Source of the DNA: a virus
DNA: 64,000 bases
Direction: 5' to 3' (one strand)
Virus record (IMG/VR): IMGVR_UViG_3300025120_009955
Location: 1 to 64,000 of that record
Part shown: positions 57,640 through 64,000 of the stretch, piece after piece
How positions within the stretch are numbered: position 1 is the stretch's first letter
Layout: each line of letters starts with the position of its first letter
Translations under genes and position numbers: made by a program
The notes under the pieces: model-generated
What the model was told of the DNA's origin: nothing
Seen by the model: the letters and a program-made list of their open reading frames with translations, nothing else
Database searches by the model: none

Positions 57640-57655
57640 TTTCGTAAGTAAATCA

Positions 57656-57684
57656 TTGACAGCAAAATAAAAAGGCTGTATAAT
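57656..57684 (+). promoter_or_regulatory. Consensus sigma70 early promoter
   Basis: TTGACA-N17-TATAAT. Confidence 0.85.
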
Positions 57685-57690
57685 AATCAT

Positions 57691-57957
57691 ATGGAAAATA
57701 AAAATAATGATTTACCCGACTTTGTTTATAACAACGAAGAAGAATCGGAAATGGGGCAAGTACAGGCAATTCATAATAATATGAATGCCATTGCTGAAGT
57801 ACAGAGAAAGTTACAGGCACAGTCAAAACTACCTAGTAATATGTTCTGCGATGAATGTGGAGATGAAATTCCTAAGGCACGTAGAAAACTAGTACCAGGA
57901 GTTAAACTATGTATAACTTGTCAAACAAACCAAGAAACATTTTACAAAGGAAAATAA
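57691..57957 (+). CDS. TraR/DksA C4 zinc-finger protein
   Basis: [22 protein letters not shown]. Confidence 0.88.
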   Translation: MENKNNDLPDFVYNNEEESEMGQVQAIHNNMNAIAEVQRKLQAQSKLPSNMFCDECGDEIPKARRKLVPGVKLCITCQTNQETFYKGK

Positions 57958-57958
57958 G

Positions 57959-58549
57959 ATGCCAAATTTAGTACCAATGGTTTTAGAAAAAACTAGTGAT
58001 GGTGAGCGTAGTTATGATTTATACTCAAGACTATTAAAAGATCGTATTGTTATACTAGATACTGATGTTAATGAACACACTGCTAGCTTATTAGTAGCTC
58101 AACTGTTATTTCTAGAATCAGAAGACAGCGAAAAAGATATCTTATTTTATGTTAACTCACCAGGTGGATCGGTAACAGCAGGTATGTCAATTTATGATAC
58201 TATGCAATTCGTTAGCCCAGATATTTCAACAATAGTTATGGGGCAGGCTTGTTCAATGGGATCATTGTTAGCCCAAGCAGGTGCACCAGGTAAGAGATTA
58301 ATGTTACCACACGCAAGACATATGATACATCAACCAAGTGGTGGTGCTGGTGGGCAAGCAACTGATATGCAAATACAGGTTGATGAAATAATGAAAATGA
58401 AACAATATCTTACGCAGATATATGTTGATCACAATTCAAAAGATAAAGCATATGATACACTAGCGGCAGATATGGAACGTGATAATTTTATGTCGGCTCA
58501 AGAAGCAGTTGACTACGGATTAGTAGATGAAATTATTACTAAAAGATAA
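57959..58549 (+). CDS. clpP: ClpP protease subunit
   Basis: [36 protein letters not shown]. Confidence 0.96.
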   Translation: MPNLVPMVLEKTSDGERSYDLYSRLLKDRIVILDTDVNEHTASLLVAQLLFLESEDSEKDILFYVNSPGGSVTAGMSIYDTMQFVSPDISTIVMGQACSMGSLLAQAGAPGKRLMLPHARHMIHQPSGGAGGQATDMQIQVDEIMKMKQYLTQIYVDHNSKDKAYDTLAADMERDNFMSAQEAVDYGLVDEIITKR

Positions 58550-58553
58550 TTGG

Positions 58554-58582
58554 TTGACAGTTTGATAAAAAAACTGTATAAT
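58554..58582 (+). promoter_or_regulatory. Consensus sigma70 early promoter
   Basis: TTGACA-N17-TATAAT. Confidence 0.85.
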
Positions 58583-58653
58583 GTAATTTGTAATGGCAAC
58601 ATTACGATAGGGGACTGCGATTTGCAGTATAGATATATTAAAGGGGAAGTAAA

Positions 58654-59043
58654 ATGTCAGTATTCAAAGTAGTAGGAGTATCTACACTTAACGGTGTAAC
58701 TAAAGTTCGATTTGCAAACGATTTTGTAAGTCGTGTTAAGATTCTGAACAAGCAAGGCCATACAGATATTAATTTATTTGAAATGCCAGAAGCACTAACT
58801 AAAGCTGAATGTGTTAAGCATTTAAAAACAACTGATCTTTATGAAAGTCATAAAGAAGCTATTGATAATAGTGATGTAAAGTATAATTACAAATCACTAT
58901 CACAATATAATAGTACTGTTAAAGTTTCAGCACCAAGTTTAGACGAGTTAAGAGCTCGTGCAATTGCAGAAACTGAAGATGTTGTTACTGAGCAAGATTT
59001 AGTCGACGAAGGATTAACAATAGTCGAAGCTGACAAAGTCTAG
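58654..59043 (+). CDS. Conserved phage protein
   Basis: FKVVGVS..NG..KVRFAND...R.K.L.K.GHTDI. Confidence 0.7.
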   Translation: MSVFKVVGVSTLNGVTKVRFANDFVSRVKILNKQGHTDINLFEMPEALTKAECVKHLKTTDLYESHKEAIDNSDVKYNYKSLSQYNSTVKVSAPSLDELRARAIAETEDVVTEQDLVDEGLTIVEADKV

Positions 59044-59061
59044 TCGCAGGGGGATATGCTG

Positions 59062-59083
59062 AAAGGTCCTGCGGGGCCTTTTT
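59062..59083 (+). terminator. Rho-independent terminator
   Basis: AAAGGTCC-TGCG-GGGCCTTTTT. Confidence 0.75.
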
Positions 59084-59261
59084 GTATGATAAGTATTAGT
59101 ATGAGTGACTCTTATACTAAATGGTCAAAAAATAATACCCTAGGATTAGTTCCAATTGAACCGACTAAACTTCAATTCGCAACTACACCATGGGAAGGTG
59201 AACTTGGGTATAATAATATTGGACAGATACAACAGTACCAAAATGGTAAATGGAGATTAAA

Positions 59262-59441
59262 ATGAGATATATAAATTGCTTTACAAAAAGCCCTACAACT
59301 AAACAGATAGTGAAACATTCACCTGGACTAGTCGCAGGAATTGCACTAATATTAATAATGAACCCATACCTAGCAATTGCAGGTATAGCATTAATTGTCG
59401 GTGAATTTGTAGGAATTGCAGACGAATTAGAATTGTTGTAA
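59262..59441 (+). CDS. Small membrane protein
   Basis: GGAG RBS, hydrophobic hairpin. Confidence 0.5.
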   Translation: MRYINCFTKSPTTKQIVKHSPGLVAGIALILIMNPYLAIAGIALIVGEFVGIADELELL

Positions 59442-59746
59442 TCCCTTCGAAGTGAAGGCGTTGCGGACAGGGGTTCGATTCCCCTCATCTCCACCAAAGT
59501 GTTTTTGAAACAGAGTATTTTAGGGGGATGACCAGGTTTCGACGTGGCGAGATAGCAGAGACGGCAACACGGTAGGCGATGACCGTAAATCAAGCAAAAC
59601 TTATAGATGCAGAAAAAACATCTAAATTCGAAACTGTAAAAGTAAGTATGGGCAAAGGCTTCCGCTTTGGCTCTGCTGACCGTGCAGTTGCGTTAGCGTA
59701 AAAACTAACATCGACGGGGTAGTTATACCTTGTTACCAAAAATAGC
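59440..59746 (+). ncRNA. ssrA: Circularly permuted two-piece tmRNA
   Basis: 3' acceptor piece GGAC.AGGGGTTCGATTCCCCT-CATCTCC-ACCA (ends 59496) precedes 5' piece GGGGATG...TTCGAC (starts 59524); G3:U70; tag ORF 59609-59701; outer ends approximate. Confidence 0.9.
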
Positions 59747-59774
59747 AGAAGCCCACTTCGGTGGGTTTCTTTTT
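59747..59774 (+). terminator. Terminator after tmRNA
   Basis: AGAAGCCCAC-TTCG-GTGGGTTTCTTTTT. Confidence 0.85.
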
Positions 59775-59790
59775 GGTTACAAAAAGGTTG

Positions 59791-59884
59791 TATAAATATT
59801 TTGACTAGTGTATAATATATTACAAGTATACTAGGTTTCGTGCCTATTATAGGGCGAAGCAAAAACTTGCTTAATTAAGGAGAA
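59791..59884 (+). promoter_or_regulatory. Late promoter plus ROSE-like two-hairpin leader of groES
   Basis: TATAAATA; TTCG-TGCC-TATTATA-GGG-CGAA; CTTGCTTAATTAAGGAGA. Confidence 0.7.
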
Positions 59885-61833
<1,949 letters not shown>

Positions 61834-61860
61834 ACAAATGCCTTGGCAAGGTAACATTTA

Positions 61861-61889
61861 AAAGAGCACCTTAAGGGTGCTTTTTTTTT
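61861..61889 (+). terminator. Terminator after groEL
   Basis: AGCACC-TTAAG-GGTGCT followed by a T-run. Confidence 0.85.
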
Positions 61890-61993
61890 ATGGTCGTAAA
61901 TGTTTTTTCCAGATTCGATAAATATTGTAAACAATAAAAGAGAGCACAAGGCATTCTTTTTGTTATAATAAATTTTATGGGGAATATGGAACC

Positions 61994-62896
61994 ATGGCAA
62001 ATCAGAATTTCGTAGTGCATAATGGACTTTCAGTAGGGCCATTAACAATTGATGCTTCGACAGGAAGTATTGACACACCAGGTGCAATATCGATTGGCGG
62101 TAACATTGGTGTTAGTGCAATCTTTAAAGGTGACTCAAGTATTAGTATTGATGATACTGGTAGTGGTAGTTTTATAGCTACTACACTTGATGGCACAGTT
62201 AGACAAATACAAAATGCAACAGTAGCAACTTTCACAAGTAACGTAATGTCCAGTGGTAATGTAACAGCACCATATTACTTTGGTAATGGTAGTCAATTGA
62301 TTGGAGTTACATCAGGATCAATCTTTACTGGTAATGTTATGGGTGGGCTGGCTCAGTTTGCTTCAATTAACGGAACGTTAATTGGTAATGCGACTCCGGT
62401 TGCTGGTGCATTTACAACAGTAACAGCGTCAAGTGTTACTAAATCAGGTACAAGTAACGTTGGTAATATTGGACAAACAGATAATAGATATCACACTCTT
62501 CACGCTAAAGCGTCATCAGCACAATACGCTGATTTGGCCGAAGTTTATGAATCAGATGCCTCATATGAAGCAGGTACAGTTGTACACTTTGGTGGGGAAA
62601 AAGAAGTATCACAATGTGATATAGATCATTGTAGAAAAGTTGCTGGCGTTGTTTCAACAAATCCAGCATATTTAATGAATGGTGGTTTTACTGCTGAAAA
62701 TATTGCTGTTGTAGCACTTACAGGACGTGTTCCAACTAAGGTAACAGGAACAGTTGCTAAAGGTGATATGATGGTATCCGATGGAACTGGTAGAGCAAGA
62801 GCAGAAGCAGATCCAAAAGTAGGTGCAGTAATTGGTAAAGCACTTGAAGCATCAGAAGGCGATGCAGTAATTGAAGTCGTAGTAGGTAAGCACTAA
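61994..62896 (+). CDS. Virion fibre protein with C-terminal chaperone/peptidase-like domain
   Basis: NFVVHNGL, SAQYADLAE.Y, GVVSTNPAYLMN, VAL.GRVP.KV.G, IGKALE. Confidence 0.75.
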   Translation: MANQNFVVHNGLSVGPLTIDASTGSIDTPGAISIGGNIGVSAIFKGDSSISIDDTGSGSFIATTLDGTVRQIQNATVATFTSNVMSSGNVTAPYYFGNGSQLIGVTSGSIFTGNVMGGLAQFASINGTLIGNATPVAGAFTTVTASSVTKSGTSNVGNIGQTDNRYHTLHAKASSAQYADLAEVYESDASYEAGTVVHFGGEKEVSQCDIDHCRKVAGVVSTNPAYLMNGGFTAENIAVVALTGRVPTKVTGTVAKGDMMVSDGTGRARAEADPKVGAVIGKALEASEGDAVIEVVVGKH

Positions 62897-62917
62897 AAGA
62901 ACAGGAATGGAAAGGCT

Positions 62918-62947
62918 AAAATAGGATCTTCGGATCCTATTTTTTTG
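62918..62947 (+). terminator. Rho-independent terminator
   Basis: ATAGGATC-TTCG-GATCCTAT followed by a T-run. Confidence 0.85.
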
Positions 62948-63004
62948 GATAAAATATTATTCTCTTTGCAGATAAATACTACTAAATTATAAAACGAGAA
63001 AAAA

Positions 63005-64000
63005 ATGCCATTAACCAGGCCTACCGTCGAGAACGTTAATACAACCATTACTGAGTTAACTGATCCAGTTTCAGTGCTGAATAAAGATGGTGTTTCAGCG
63101 AGACAAGATGTTGGATTTGTTATTAATCGCGATGGCGGTGGTACTGCTAATGTTGCTATATATTGGGATGAAACTAACGATCGTTTCAATCTCGTAAACA
63201 CAACTAGTTCAGGTGCTACTAACTCTAATGTTGCAATTAGCTCATATGCTAATTTAAATATACATACCCTGGATGCACTCGGATCCGTTGATACTGCAAA
63301 AGTTAACATCACTAATACATCATTAGATGATAGTATACGAATTACTACAACAGAAGCTTCAAGCACTGCGGGTCCTGTGGTTTCACTGAAGCGTAATAGT
63401 GCATCACCATCTGACTCAGACTACATTGGACAGTTAAAATTTATTGGCGAAAATGATGCAGATCAATCTATTGTATATGCTAAAATGACTGCAAAGATAT
63501 TAGATGCAAGTGATGGTACAGAAGATGGTATACTAGAATTTGCCTTTATGAAAGCTGGCTCGCAAAATATTTCTGCAAGATTTAGATCTGATTCTTTACA
63601 GTTAATAAATGGTACTTCACTAACAGTAAATGGTTTAATAAGTACTGATTCAACAATAACAGCGACATCAGATATTGAAACAACTGGCGGAGATGTTAAT
63701 ATTAAAGCTAGAGGAGAAACTAGATTTTATGACTCAGACAGTTCAAACTATGTAGCATTAAGAGCAGGATCTACAGTAGCAAGTGATGTAACATTTACGT
63801 TACCAACAGAAGATGGAGATGCTGACCAAGTCTTAAGTACAGATGGTTCCGGAACATTATCTTTTGTTGCACCGGGTGGCTCTTCTGCATATGGTAATAC
63901 TCAAGTAGGAACATTTCTTGAAACATACAATGGTGTGTTACTAGCAGTAACGACTGCCAACATTGGTCAGATAGGTTATACTGACAACAAAGTTACAACT
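63005..64000 (+). CDS. Tail-fibre/virion protein, truncated by the window end
   Basis: MPLTRP start after GATAAATA; frame open to 64000; WDE..D.F, TLP..DG...QVL.TDGSG.LSF fibre motifs. Confidence 0.75.
   Translation, partial: MPLTRPTVENVNTTITELTDPVSVLNKDGVSARQDVGFVINRDGGGTANVAIYWDETNDRFNLVNTTSSGATNSNVAISSYANLNIHTLDALGSVDTAKVNITNTSLDDSIRITTTEASSTAGPVVSLKRNSASPSDSDYIGQLKFIGENDADQSIVYAKMTAKILDASDGTEDGILEFAFMKAGSQNISARFRSDSLQLINGTSLTVNGLISTDSTITATSDIETTGGDVNIKARGETRFYDSDSSNYVALRAGSTVASDVTFTLPTEDGDADQVLSTDGSGTLSFVAPGGSSAYGNTQVGTFLETYNGVLLAVTTANIGQIGYTDNKVTT

Noticed and set aside
59183-59862. Minus-strand ORFs of 136 and 90 aa
   Set aside because: They are antisense shadows of the tmRNA and its tag frame.
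62893-63366. 157-aa minus-strand ORF
   Set aside because: It is the shadow of the plus-strand fibre gene starting at 63005, which the track missed because it has no stop in the window.

Overview
This AT-rich 64 kb window is best read as part of a large T4-like/jumbo myovirus genome whose probable host is a methylotrophic betaproteobacterium (Methylophilaceae, OM43-like). Phage origin is inferred from virion-type proteins, many TAAATA late-promoter motifs, consensus sigma70 early promoters, and host-like genes that occur without their usual operon partners. The main finding is a C1-energy cassette: lanthanide-type methanol dehydrogenase xoxF, a formate dehydrogenase alpha subunit, an unannotated 23-aa pqqA, a quinoprotein-associated SoxYZ-like carrier and two porins. 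xoxF and pqqA share an operator-like palindrome and each has a structured leader. The cassette sits between a csgF-csgG-curlin-FecR-curlin operon and a CHASE2 adenylate cyclase. The window also holds a proteostasis set (dnaK, hsp20, groES/EL, clpS, clpP, def, permuted tmRNA) whose three chaperone genes share a two-hairpin ROSE-like RNA element. Other features are RNA polymerase modulators (omega, SutA-like, TraR/DksA), bS21, iscU/iscA, nrdAB, three amidinotransferases with sugar-modifying enzymes, a glutamine riboswitch and three tRNAs, including an unusual tRNA-Ser(ACT). GCWGC and RCATG appear to be avoided. All calls come from motif recognition by eye; no database searches were run.
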